Shown: positions 30,512 through 40,908 of the stretch, piece after piece
Layout of the letters: each line of letters starts with the position of its first letter
Position numbering within the stretch: the first letter of the stretch is position 1
NCBI GenBank assembly: GCA_964646455.1
Contig: CAZYDX010000004.1
Coordinates: 1 to 50,218 of the forward strand
Reading direction: 5' to 3'
Source of the DNA: an uncultured bacterium
GTDB taxonomy: Bacteria > Fidelibacterota > Marinisomatia > Marinisomatales > UBA1611
DNA length: 50,218 bases
Notes under the pieces: model-generated
What the model was told of the DNA's origin: nothing
The model's input: the letters and a program-made list of their open reading frames with translations, nothing else
Database searches by the model: none
Translations under genes and position numbers: made by a program

Positions 30512-31862
30512 GATCAACACTCTGAAACCCTTTAAATGGGGAGTCGCAACGTCAAGCTATCAGATTGAAGGCGCACACAATGTAGGTGGACGAGGACCGT
30601 CTGTGTGGGATGTGTTTAGTCATACAAAAGGTAAAATTAAAAACGAAGGGCACGGAGATATTGCCTGTGACCATTACCACCAATATCAGGATGACATAAA
30701 ACTAATGAAAAACCTGGGTATTAATTCTTACAGATTTTCAATAGCATGGCCAAGAATTTTCCCAGTGGGGACTGAAAAAACTGTCAACCAAAAAGGAATA
30801 GACTTTTATGATCGGCTGGTTGACACACTGCTAGAGAATAATATTAAACCTTTTCTGACACTTAATCATTGGGATATGCCTCAAGGGTTAGAAGATTTTG
30901 GGGGTTGGACCAACAGGCAAGTGGTAGAAGAATTTGTGAAATACGGTCACTATACAAGCAAGTTCCTAGGTGATCGAGTAATTGATTGGATAACGCATAA
31001 TGAACCGTGGTGTATCAGCTTTCTTGGATATATAGAAGGTAGAAAGCCACCAGGGCTAAAAAACGAATGGGGGAAAAGCCTAGCCACAGCACATCACCTA
31101 TTACTATCACATGGAAAAGTTATTCCTGAAATAAAATCTAATGTGGAAAGCGCGAAGGTAGGTATAACACTTAATTTGAACACGGCAATCCCCGCTTCGG
31201 AAAGCGAATATGATAAAAAGGCATGCGATTTTTATGATGCCCAGTTCAACAGGCTATATCTAGACCCTCTTTATAATCAAAAATACCCGGAAATTCTTTT
31301 TAATGAATTAAAAGAAAAAGATTTGATCAAGGATGAAGATCTCAGATATATTAAAGAAGGGGACCTTCAAATTATTTCAACACCAACGGATTTCTTAGGG
31401 GTTAACTATTACAGCAGGGCAGTTATTAGAAGTGGGGAAATTGATGAATCGATGAATAGTGCCAAAAATGTGGAGATGGGACCAAAAACAGATTTTGGGT
31501 GGGAGGTCTATCCGCTGGGCATTTATGATCTAATAATGAGATTACACAAAGATTATAATGTAAATGATATTGTTATAACTGAGAACGGATGCTCTTATGG
31601 AGATAGCCCAGATAAAAATAATAAAATCAACGATATAAACAGAATTAATTATCACAGGTCACACATTAACCAAATATTAAAAGCCATAGAAAGCGGTGCG
31701 CCCTGCACCGGGTATTTTGCTTGGTCTCTAATGGATAATTTTGAATGGGCCGAAGGATATAGTCAGCGGTTTGGTCTAATCTGGGTAGACTTTAAAACAC
31801 TAGAGCGGATTCCAAAAGAAAGTTATTACTGGTATAAAAACTTTCTTTCATCAATGAAATAG
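30501..31862 (+). CDS. GH1 beta-glucosidase, cytoplasmic
   Basis: WGVATSSYQIEG, YRFSIAWPRI, HNEP acid/base, ITENG nucleophile, WSLMDNFEWAEG; no signal peptide. Confidence 0.95.
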   Translation: MNTKINTLKPFKWGVATSSYQIEGAHNVGGRGPSVWDVFSHTKGKIKNEGHGDIACDHYHQYQDDIKLMKNLGINSYRFSIAWPRIFPVGTEKTVNQKGIDFYDRLVDTLLENNIKPFLTLNHWDMPQGLEDFGGWTNRQVVEEFVKYGHYTSKFLGDRVIDWITHNEPWCISFLGYIEGRKPPGLKNEWGKSLATAHHLLLSHGKVIPEIKSNVESAKVGITLNLNTAIPASESEYDKKACDFYDAQFNRLYLDPLYNQKYPEILFNELKEKDLIKDEDLRYIKEGDLQIISTPTDFLGVNYYSRAVIRSGEIDESMNSAKNVEMGPKTDFGWEVYPLGIYDLIMRLHKDYNVNDIVITENGCSYGDSPDKNNKINDINRINYHRSHINQILKAIESGAPCTGYFAWSLMDNFEWAEGYSQRFGLIWVDFKTLERIPKESYYWYKNFLSSMK

Positions 31863-31876
31863 AAAACCAGTTTATT

Positions 31877-33223
31877 ATGAACAATAATCTGAAAATTTAT
31901 ATTAGTTCCAAAAACTCTGGGGAAAGAATTCATCCTGCCAATATTGGAAAGTTAACTGTCCCTGAAAAATATGTTAATTCAAAAATTATAATTAATAAAA
32001 AACTCGAACGACAAACACTATTAGGGTTTGGTGGTTCTTTTACAGAGGCCTCTTCTAGTATATATGCAGTTCTAGATAAAAACAAAAAAGAAGAAATCAT
32101 AGATGCTTATTTCGGTGAATCTGGAAACAAATACAGAATGGCAAGAACACACATAAACAGTTGTGATTTTTCACTAGGAAACTATGCTCATGTTGAAGCC
32201 CCCGGGGATACAGATCTTAAAACATTCTCCATTGCCAGAAACAAGGAATCGCTAATACCGCTGATTAAAGATGCTTTAAATATAACAAACAATGAAATAC
32301 GAATTATGGCATCACCCTGGAGCCCACCTGCTTGGATGAAAACAAATAACCAAATGAATTTTGGGGGAAAAATAAAGGAAGAATACAAAAAACCCTGGGC
32401 AGCTTATTACTGCAAGTTTATTGAATATTACGAAGCGGAAAAAATACCGATTTGGGGAATATCAGTCCAAAACGAACCAGCGGCAAAACAGACATGGGAC
32501 TCTTGTCTTTATACCGCCGAAGAAGAAAGAGATTTTATCAAAAATTATCTGGGCCCTGCTTTGAAAAACCATGGCCTACTAGATAAAAAACTAATCATTT
32601 GGGATCATAATCGAGATATTATGGTGGAACGGGCGAGAACTATTTTGAGCGATCCTGATGCTGCTAAATACGTTTGGGGAACGGGCTTCCACTGGTATTG
32701 TGGAGATCACTTTGATAATGTTCAAAGGGTACATGATGAATTTCCTAACAAAGAATTGATTTTTACCGAAGCGTGTCAAGAGGGTGGCCCACATATTGGA
32801 TCATGGGCCCTAGGAGAGCGATATGCTACCTCCATTATAAACGATCTCAATAGATGGACCGTTGGATGGATCGATTGGAATTTAATTTTAAATGAATTTG
32901 GGGGGCCTAATCACGTAAAGAATTATTGTAGTGCACCTATTATTGTAGATACCAAGTCTCAAGAAATTTTATACCAAAGTTCTTACTATTATATTGGACA
33001 TTTCTCTCGATTTATTAATCCGCGTGATAAGATAATAGACTCTAGCAGCAACAATGAAAGGCTTCATTCTCTGTCATCTATTAATTCCTCCAGAGACTCT
33101 ATCCAGACCGTGGTTTTGAACAAAGAAACTGAATCAATCAGCTTTCAATATGTTAGGGATAATTGTTTTTCTGATATTACGATCCCAGAAAGATCAATTA
33201 TAACCATAATAGATAAATTATAA
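31877..33223 (+). CDS. GH30 (glucosylceramidase-like) beta-glucosidase, possibly beta-1,6-debranching; cytoplasmic
   Basis: GFGGSFTEA, INSCDFS, ASPWSPPAWMKTN, VQNEP, WDHNRD, FTEAC, WIDWN, GGPNH; no signal peptide. Confidence 0.88.
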   Translation: MNNNLKIYISSKNSGERIHPANIGKLTVPEKYVNSKIIINKKLERQTLLGFGGSFTEASSSIYAVLDKNKKEEIIDAYFGESGNKYRMARTHINSCDFSLGNYAHVEAPGDTDLKTFSIARNKESLIPLIKDALNITNNEIRIMASPWSPPAWMKTNNQMNFGGKIKEEYKKPWAAYYCKFIEYYEAEKIPIWGISVQNEPAAKQTWDSCLYTAEEERDFIKNYLGPALKNHGLLDKKLIIWDHNRDIMVERARTILSDPDAAKYVWGTGFHWYCGDHFDNVQRVHDEFPNKELIFTEACQEGGPHIGSWALGERYATSIINDLNRWTVGWIDWNLILNEFGGPNHVKNYCSAPIIVDTKSQEILYQSSYYYIGHFSRFINPRDKIIDSSSNNERLHSLSSINSSRDSIQTVVLNKETESISFQYVRDNCFSDITIPERSIITIIDKL

Positions 33224-33247
33224 TAAAAATATGCATTGCTCTAAATA

Positions 33248-36200
33248 ATGAAATTACCACTATATAAAATTGAGAATGTTGATCAGATTGATCCATTTTT
33301 AATGAGCATGGCCAGTAGTGATAATCACTGGATGTTTATTTCAAGCAATGGAGCCCTCACAGCGGGTAGAGAAAAAGCAGACCACGCACTGTTCCCCTAT
33401 ATTACTGATAATTTGATTCATACGAGCCTTCATACAACAGGTCCTTATACAAAAATAAAGATAAACAAAAAAAAAGATCAGAACACCTATACCTGGAAAC
33501 CACTATCTTTTCTTCCTCAAAAACACAATGTGCAAAGAAATTTATATAAGGATGCTATTGGGGATAATATTGTTTTTGAAGAAGTAAATCAAGAACTTGG
33601 TTTAATATTCAGATACCAGTGGCTTGCTAGTAAAAAATTTGGCTTTATTAGAAAGGCCGAAATTATAAACACTTCGAATAGCAAAGTTGAAATAGACATA
33701 ATTGATGGACTTCAAAATATTTTACCTTCCGGTTTAGATGTGCAAACCCAACAAACCTTGAGCAACCTATCTAACGCATATAAACACTCAGAAATAATTA
33801 AAAAATCGAATATGGCCATTTTCTCACTCGGGTCATTGATCATGGACAGGCCTGACCCGGGTGAGGCGCTTACAGCAAACGTTGTCTGGTGTAAGGGTGA
33901 TATTGATTTTACGTGTAGTCTATCACTACCATATAATCAAAATTCTTCTGATAAAGACACCTTTGAAATAGTGCACCACTTGACAGGAACACAGGGATCT
34001 TATTTTATTAATTCAAAAAAATGGCTGGGTGCGATGGAGACGATGTCTTGGGATATTATACTAGATGTAAATCTCGACCACAGGGCTATTGTTAGTTTAA
34101 ATAATTTTATTTCAAACATAAAAAACGAAGTGGAAGAAAGTATAGAGCAAACCCACCTATCTCTTTTTAAGTATGTTGGAAGCGCTGATGGGCTTCAGGC
34201 GACAACGCACCAAAACAATAATATGCACCACACTGCGAATGTTCTTTTTAATATAATGCGTGGGGGTGTTTTTGTAGATGGCTATAAAATTAATAAAGAT
34301 GATTTTATTGACTTTTTAAAAACCAGAAACAAATATGTTTTTGAGAAACTAAAAAATAAACTCATTGGATTATCAGAAAGTTGTGCATTAAAGGATTTAA
34401 TCAAGTTTGGTGAAACATTAAACAATGTTTCTTTTTTGAGATTGTGCTATGAATACCTGCCTCTAACTTTTGGAAGAAGACACGGTGATCCAAGTAGGCC
34501 CTGGAACCAATTCAACATTAAGGTAGGCGATGGTGAATCTGGGGTTCGTTATCACCACGAAGGTAACTGGAGAGATATATTTCAAAATTGGGAGGGCCTT
34601 TCTATAAGCTACCCAAGCGCTCTAGAGTCTATGATTTGTAAATTTTTAAATGCCTGCACAAGAGATGGTTATAATCCATATAGAATTAATAGAGAGGGGA
34701 TTGACTGGGAGGTGATTGACCCCGATGATACCTGGAGTCACATTGGATATTGGAACGATCATCAAATAATATATTTATTGAAGCTACTAGAGGCTCAAAA
34801 AAAACATAATTCGGATTTTCTAATTGACAACTTAAACAAAAAAATGTTTAGCTCAGCAAACATCCCCTACAAAATAAAAGATGCTGATAAAATAATTAAA
34901 AACCCTAAGCAGACCATTGACTTTGATCACCAGCTACATAATAAAATTTTAAAACAAATCAATGACTTTGGTACCGATGCTAGATTGGTGATTAAAAAAA
35001 ATAATGTTATACACGTATCTCTAACTGAAAAGTTGTTGGTTCTTTCTCTGGCAAAAGTATCAAACTTTATTCCTGATGGCGGCATTTGGATGAACACCCA
35101 GAGACCTGAGTGGAACGATGCACATAATGCACTGGTCGGGTATGGCGTATCAATGGTTACTCTTTATTATATGAACAGGTATTTAATTTTTCTGAATGAT
35201 CTACTTATGTCAACTGACTTAAAAAGGATAAATGTATCTAAAGAGGTTTATGAATGGTTTGATACTATAGATTCAGTATATCAGAAAAATAAAATTTGTT
35301 TAGATGGTCAAAGGTTCGACCCAAAAAACAGAAAGCGTTTTGTAAAAGATCTTCAGCGTGGTTTTTCTGAATATAGAAAAAACATTTATGATAAAAACTC
35401 TGTTGGTGATACAAATCTGAGTATTAATAAAATTAAAAATTTTAATAATGTCGTTTTAAAATATTTTGAATTAACAATAATCAACAATAAAAACAACAAT
35501 CTTTACAGTGCATACAACACAATAAATTCCCCGCTCGATCAAAAACTAAAAATAAAAAGGCTTTATCCAATGCTTGAGGGTCAGGTGGCAGCATTAAGCT
35601 CCGGTAAAATAAAACCAAAGGAGGCTCTAGAGGTTTTAGATAACCTGTTTGATGGTGAAATATATCAACAAGAACAAAACACCTTTATGCTATACCCAAT
35701 TAGATCATTAAAATCATTTATGGATAAAAATATTATACCGCCAAAGATAGTTAGTGAAAGTGTGTTGTTGAATAATTTAATTTCTAAAAACAATACAGAT
35801 ATCATCTATAGAGATGATCAAAACACATACCGGTTTAATTCAACATTGATAAATGTCGGCGAACTAGAAACTGCTATGTTGATATTAAGTGAAAACAGCA
35901 CCTGGTCTGAGCTTGTTCACAATGAAAAAAAACTGCTCCTTGAACAATATATGAAAACATTTGATCATCAAAATTATGCCGGGAGATCTGGGACAATGTA
36001 TGCCTATGAAGGCATCGGATCAATTTACTGGCATATGGTATCAAAATTATTGTTAGTTACCCAAGAAATATTTTACAGTGCCGTTTATTCCAAGCAAGAA
36101 AAACTGATTATCAAAAAATTGGGAGATATGTATTATAAAATAAGATCTGGGCTAAGCGCAGATAAAACACCACAACAGTACGGAGCGTTTCCATACGACC

Positions 36201-36634
36201 CCTATTCACACACGCCGTTTAAAAAAGGAGCGCAACAACCTGGAATGACAGGACAAGTGAAAGAAGAATTAATTACAAGAATGGGTGAATTGGGTTGTCA
36301 TGTACAAGATGGGTGTCTTGTCTTTAATTTATCATTGTTGAAAAAATCAGAATTTTTAAATAGAAAAGAAAAGTTTACCTATGTTGATACCAATCAATCG
36401 TTGCAAACCATTATTATTGATAAAAACCAACTGGGGTTCACATATTGTCAGGTTCTGATTATTTATATTTTATGCAACGGGGGATGGAAACATTCAATCA
36501 CCTTTAAAAAAAATAGTAGAAAAGAATACGGGGGGAACATTGTGGGTAAAAATATAAGCAGTGATTTATTTTCACGATCAGGTAAAATCAAATTGATTGA
36601 AGTGCATTGCCCTGAGTCAGAGTTTTTATTTTAG
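33248..36634 (+). CDS. GH149-like beta-1,3-glucan phosphorylase
   Basis: 1128 aa; HWMFISSNG.LTAGR, RRHGDPSRPWN, EGNWRDIFQNWE, NTQRPEWND, YEGIGSIYWHMVSKL, DPYSHTP…QQPGMTGQVKE as recalled for GH149; no signal peptide. Confidence 0.82.
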   Translation: MKLPLYKIENVDQIDPFLMSMASSDNHWMFISSNGALTAGREKADHALFPYITDNLIHTSLHTTGPYTKIKINKKKDQNTYTWKPLSFLPQKHNVQRNLYKDAIGDNIVFEEVNQELGLIFRYQWLASKKFGFIRKAEIINTSNSKVEIDIIDGLQNILPSGLDVQTQQTLSNLSNAYKHSEIIKKSNMAIFSLGSLIMDRPDPGEALTANVVWCKGDIDFTCSLSLPYNQNSSDKDTFEIVHHLTGTQGSYFINSKKWLGAMETMSWDIILDVNLDHRAIVSLNNFISNIKNEVEESIEQTHLSLFKYVGSADGLQATTHQNNNMHHTANVLFNIMRGGVFVDGYKINKDDFIDFLKTRNKYVFEKLKNKLIGLSESCALKDLIKFGETLNNVSFLRLCYEYLPLTFGRRHGDPSRPWNQFNIKVGDGESGVRYHHEGNWRDIFQNWEGLSISYPSALESMICKFLNACTRDGYNPYRINREGIDWEVIDPDDTWSHIGYWNDHQIIYLLKLLEAQKKHNSDFLIDNLNKKMFSSANIPYKIKDADKIIKNPKQTIDFDHQLHNKILKQINDFGTDARLVIKKNNVIHVSLTEKLLVLSLAKVSNFIPDGGIWMNTQRPEWNDAHNALVGYGVSMVTLYYMNRYLIFLNDLLMSTDLKRINVSKEVYEWFDTIDSVYQKNKICLDGQRFDPKNRKRFVKDLQRGFSEYRKNIYDKNSVGDTNLSINKIKNFNNVVLKYFELTIINNKNNNLYSAYNTINSPLDQKLKIKRLYPMLEGQVAALSSGKIKPKEALEVLDNLFDGEIYQQEQNTFMLYPIRSLKSFMDKNIIPPKIVSESVLLNNLISKNNTDIIYRDDQNTYRFNSTLINVGELETAMLILSENSTWSELVHNEKKLLLEQYMKTFDHQNYAGRSGTMYAYEGIGSIYWHMVSKLLLVTQEIFYSAVYSKQEKLIIKKLGDMYYKIRSGLSADKTPQQYGAFPYDPYSHTPFKKGAQQPGMTGQVKEELITRMGELGCHVQDGCLVFNLSLLKKSEFLNRKEKFTYVDTNQSLQTIIIDKNQLGFTYCQVLIIYILCNGGWKHSITFKKNSRKEYGGNIVGKNISSDLFSRSGKIKLIEVHCPESEFLF

Positions 36635-36653
36635 GGGGAGCAGAAAAATAACC

Positions 36654-37727
36654 ATGAAAAACACTTTTTGTTTTTTTGTTTGGCTTTGTTCTTTGAGTGT
36701 CATTAACTCTGAACCATATAGAGGTGGAGAACTAAGAACTGATGATACCTTTCGTTATGGTCGTTTTGAAACCCGAATGAAAGCAGCTCCAGGAAGTGGG
36801 ATTGTTAATTCTTTTTTTCTATATAGAGATTATTGGGATGAGGGTTTAGACGGCGCAGAGCACTGGAATGAAATAGATATCGAATTACTTGGTCAGTATA
36901 ATAATCGTGTGGAAACAAATCTAATTATACAGAACCAGTGGGACCTCCCTGACCACTCTCCTGTATCATTTAACCCACAAAACGATTTTCACGATTATGC
37001 TATTGAGTGGACACCAGAATATATTGCTTTTTTTGTAGACGATATTCTTATTAGACATATTAATAATTTTTATGTTGATTCAATGTACCACCATCAAAAA
37101 ATCATGATGAATATCTGGCAACCTACCGCAGTGAACTGGGTTGGCCCCTTTGATGAAAACATTTTACCTGTATATGCTTTTTACGATTGGGTAAAATATT
37201 ATGCCTATGTTCCCGGTACTGGAAATGCCGGAACAAATAATAGTTTTATTCAACTATGGCAGGACGATTTTGATGATTATGATACCGCCAGATGGGACAA
37301 AGCCTCGCACTCTTTTAATGGCAACAATGCTGACTTTACATATGCGAATGTGGTTTTCGAGTCTGGCTATATGATACTATGCCTGACAACCCCAGGAGAT
37401 ACAGGATACAATGGTGATCCATTAGAAATATCAGGTGACCCCCTACCAGGTTCAATTACAATAGGAAGTCCGTATCCTAACCCCTTTAATGGGAGCGTAT
37501 CTATACCAATTGATATAAACAGACGATCATTGATTGATTTTTCTATTTATGATGTAGAGGGCTCGCTAGTATTTTCCTCAAAGCAAAATTATTTATCTGA
37601 AACAAAAAATTATTTTCTGTGGAATGGAAAAAATAATAGCGGGCAACACATATCATCTGGGACATATATAATAAATATCAGCAGCATTTCATCTAATAAA
37701 ACAAAGAAGGTTATTTATATAAAATAA
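36654..37727 (+). CDS. Secreted GH16 lichenase-type glucanase (circularly permuted) + sorting domain
   Basis: Start refined to MKNTFCFF at 36654; YRGGELRT, YGRFETRMK, WNEIDIE, KIMMNIW, WQDDFD; PYPNPFN…KVIYIK. Confidence 0.88.
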   Translation: MKNTFCFFVWLCSLSVINSEPYRGGELRTDDTFRYGRFETRMKAAPGSGIVNSFFLYRDYWDEGLDGAEHWNEIDIELLGQYNNRVETNLIIQNQWDLPDHSPVSFNPQNDFHDYAIEWTPEYIAFFVDDILIRHINNFYVDSMYHHQKIMMNIWQPTAVNWVGPFDENILPVYAFYDWVKYYAYVPGTGNAGTNNSFIQLWQDDFDDYDTARWDKASHSFNGNNADFTYANVVFESGYMILCLTTPGDTGYNGDPLEISGDPLPGSITIGSPYPNPFNGSVSIPIDINRRSLIDFSIYDVEGSLVFSSKQNYLSETKNYFLWNGKNNSGQHISSGTYIINISSISSNKTKKVIYIK

Positions 37728-38938
37728 TGAAGAGCATTTTTTTTAATTCAATATTCTTATTGTGTCTTTTTTATATAAACTGTGAGAATAACACAGACGC
37801 AGAAGTTTTCGATAATACTGAACCAATCACAGACGTAGATTGGGCTCTTGTCTGGGAAGAAAACTTTGATGGGCAAACACTGAATCAGAATAAGTGGAAC
37901 CTCCTAAGATGGAAACCTGGCTGGGTCAATAATGAACTCCAGGCCTATACAGATAGGGATACCAATCTATATTTTGAAGATGGTAATCTTGTTATTCGGG
38001 GACTTGTAGAGCCTGGCTATTATGATACTGACTATCAGAATAATGAATATACCGCTGACTATACCTCTGCTAGAATTAACACCGCAGGAAAATACAGCAC
38101 AACCTACGGCCGATTTGATATACGCGCAAAACTACCAAAAGGCCGAGGTTCTTGGCCAGCAATTTGGATGTTAGGGGAAAATATATCTTCTGAGGGTTGG
38201 CCAAGGTGTGGAGAAATAGATATCATGGAACACGTTGGATTTGATGATGATATTATACATGGCTCTATTCATACTGAAACATACAACCACAACCTTAATA
38301 CACAAAAATCAGGATCCACAACTATATCAACAGCGACAGATAGTTTCCACATTTATAGCCTAGAGTGGAGCCCGAATTATTTAAGGTTTTTAGTAGATAA
38401 TAAGCCATATTTTTTTGTTTATAATGGTAGTGGTGGAAATATATCGGAGTGGCCATTTGACCAGCCACATTATTTAATTCTAAACCTAGCTATTGGGGGC
38501 GACTGGGGCGGTGCACAGGGCATAGACCCGACAAAGTTTCCAATGAAAATGTTGGTAGACTATGTCAAGGTGTATAAAAAATCAGAAACCAACAATGATG
38601 TGAGGGTTACATTCTCTGTTGATATGAAAAATGTAAATACAAGCGGGACCGGCGTCTGGCTTTCTGGAGGGGATCTAGGATCTGGATCACCGGGCGGACT
38701 TTTAATGACACCTGCTTCCGATTCTTATATTTGGAGCACAACTCTATATCTTCCAAAAAACTCTAGCTTTACATATAAGTTTAGAAATGGGCACTTTCCA
38801 AATACTTGGTCAGGTGGTTGGGAAAATATCCCGAGCAGTTGCGGAACGGGCCAGTATAATGATAGATTAGTAGTTATAGAGTCTGACGACCTGGTTCTAA
38901 GTTCAGTGTGTTTTAATATGTGTGAAGAATGCGAATAA
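37727..38938 (+). CDS. GH16 laminarinase-type lipoprotein with C-terminal Cys-containing beta-sandwich module
   Basis: YINC lipobox-like; NNELQAYT, YGRFDIRAKLP, WPAIWML, GEIDIME, NLAIGG; C-terminal VTFSVDM…YKFRNG…CFNMCEEC. Confidence 0.9.
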   Translation: MKSIFFNSIFLLCLFYINCENNTDAEVFDNTEPITDVDWALVWEENFDGQTLNQNKWNLLRWKPGWVNNELQAYTDRDTNLYFEDGNLVIRGLVEPGYYDTDYQNNEYTADYTSARINTAGKYSTTYGRFDIRAKLPKGRGSWPAIWMLGENISSEGWPRCGEIDIMEHVGFDDDIIHGSIHTETYNHNLNTQKSGSTTISTATDSFHIYSLEWSPNYLRFLVDNKPYFFVYNGSGGNISEWPFDQPHYLILNLAIGGDWGGAQGIDPTKFPMKMLVDYVKVYKKSETNNDVRVTFSVDMKNVNTSGTGVWLSGGDLGSGSPGGLLMTPASDSYIWSTTLYLPKNSSFTYKFRNGHFPNTWSGGWENIPSSCGTGQYNDRLVVIESDDLVLSSVCFNMCEECE

Positions 38939-40902
38939 TATATTTTTTTATCTTCTCTTGCTTTTCATTTTCTCAGGGGTTTTTACATACTGATGGAAAA
39001 GAAATTGTAGAAGGAAATGGAGAACCAATACTGTTAAAAGGTTTCGGATTAGGTGGTTGGCTAGTTCCTGAAGGATATATGCTTATAAATAGAGGCTGGA
39101 TTGAGGGTTTTGAGTCACCAACTGAAATTGAAAATCATGTGGTGGATCTTATTGGAAACGAAAAAGCAGAAGAGTTTTGGAACAACTACAGAGATAACTA
39201 TGTGGCCAGAGAAGACATTGACCAACTGGCCGAATGGGACATTAATCACATTAGACTACCTTTTCATTACAAACAGTTTTATACTGAAGATGGTTCAACA
39301 CCAATCGGATATGAAATTGTTGACTCCCTTCTTTCTTGGTGTGAGCCTTATAATATATATATCATTTTAGATATGCATTGCGCTCCAGGAGCACAGAATA
39401 GTGGTCCAATAAGTGACAGTGATGGAACGGCAAGGCTTTGGCTCGAAGAAGAAAACAAGCAACTAACAATTCAAATATGGAGAGAAATCGCAGATTATTA
39501 CTCAGAACACCAACTTATCGGAGGATATGACCTTATTAATGAGCCGGTACTACCACAGGGAGTAACACTAGAAGAATTCAAACAACTTTTCATTGATATA
39601 ACCTCCGCTGTGAGAGAAGTAGATCAAAACCATATCGTTTTCATAGAGGGAAATTGGTACGGAACTGATTTTTCAGGACTTACACCACCCTGGGATAATA
39701 ATATGTCATATTCGTTTCATAAATATTGGGGAGAAACAGATATATCGACTATCCAGTCATACATTAATTTGAGAAACACATATAATGTTCCTTTATGGAT
39801 GGGTGAATCAGGAGAAAATTCAAATACATGGTATTATGATGCCATTATCACTCTATTAGAAGATAATAACATTGGATGGAATTTTTGGACACACAAGAAA
39901 TTTGATAAAATAACCGCACCGTTTAATGCGGTTGTTTCACCAGAACATAATAATTTACTAAATTATTTTGAGGGAACAACCTCCCCACCAACAGAAGAAG
40001 AAGCAGAGTTTGCACTATCAACACTCACAGAAAACTTAAAATTGGAAAATTGCCAAATTAATAAGGGTGTTATCGCCTCAATAACTGATCCTGAATACGG
40101 TTTCGTGTCAAAACCATATATGCCACACTCTATCCCGGGCACGATTCCAGCGGTTCATTATGATATAGGCACTTGGGGTGTTTCTTACACAGATAGTGAT
40201 TGGATTAACAATGGAGATGGTGGTTATAATGAAGGATGGGCTTATAGAAACGATGGCGTTGATGTTGAAAAAAATACGAACCCAAATGGATATCCATATA
40301 ATGTTGGCTGGACAGAGGTTGGAGAATGGCTTGGTTATACTGTAGAGAATGTAACCCCAGCAACATATAATATTAATATCTCTATTGCATCAAATGGTGA
40401 CGGCGGTATGATTTTCATTCAAATAAATGGGGTAAATGTCAGTGTGGTTAACGTTCCAATCTCTACAGGCGGCTGGTATAGTTGGGCTGATCTAACAATA
40501 CCAAATGTAGAAATCTTAGGTGGTGAACAATTTATACGGCTTCAGGTCGTTCAAGGCGGGTTTAACATAGAATCAATTACGTTTGAAACTGCCCTAAACA
40601 CATCAGATGAAAACCTTGTTTTAGGCGGGTTTAATATTAGGAAAGCCTACCCAAACCCATTTAATAATAATATAAAAATACCCTTTATTGTTGGAAAAAA
40701 GAGTGTGGTAACTGCAGAAATTTTTAATATAAATGGTCAATCTATTTTTCAGCTTTTTAATGGTAAAGCCGACACAGGAAATAATATTCTACATTGGAAA
40801 GGCATAAATCAATATGGAAAAGAAGTTACTTCTGGAACGTATTTTTTAGTAATCAAAAATGATAATATTACTCGAAAACAAAAAATATTATTATTAAAAT
40901 AA
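38929..40902 (+). CDS. Secreted GH5 glycoside hydrolase + CBM6-like module + sorting domain
   Basis: LGGWLVPEGYM, IRLPFHY, LDMHCAPG, INEP acid/base, WMGESGEN nucleophile; YRNDGVD…GEWLGYTV…TGGW CBM6; AYPNPFN…KILLLK. Confidence 0.9.
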   Translation: MRIIYFFIFSCFSFSQGFLHTDGKEIVEGNGEPILLKGFGLGGWLVPEGYMLINRGWIEGFESPTEIENHVVDLIGNEKAEEFWNNYRDNYVAREDIDQLAEWDINHIRLPFHYKQFYTEDGSTPIGYEIVDSLLSWCEPYNIYIILDMHCAPGAQNSGPISDSDGTARLWLEEENKQLTIQIWREIADYYSEHQLIGGYDLINEPVLPQGVTLEEFKQLFIDITSAVREVDQNHIVFIEGNWYGTDFSGLTPPWDNNMSYSFHKYWGETDISTIQSYINLRNTYNVPLWMGESGENSNTWYYDAIITLLEDNNIGWNFWTHKKFDKITAPFNAVVSPEHNNLLNYFEGTTSPPTEEEAEFALSTLTENLKLENCQINKGVIASITDPEYGFVSKPYMPHSIPGTIPAVHYDIGTWGVSYTDSDWINNGDGGYNEGWAYRNDGVDVEKNTNPNGYPYNVGWTEVGEWLGYTVENVTPATYNINISIASNGDGGMIFIQINGVNVSVVNVPISTGGWYSWADLTIPNVEILGGEQFIRLQVVQGGFNIESITFETALNTSDENLVLGGFNIRKAYPNPFNNNIKIPFIVGKKSVVTAEIFNINGQSIFQLFNGKADTGNNILHWKGINQYGKEVTSGTYFLVIKNDNITRKQKILLLK

Positions 40903-40908
40903 ATTGCA

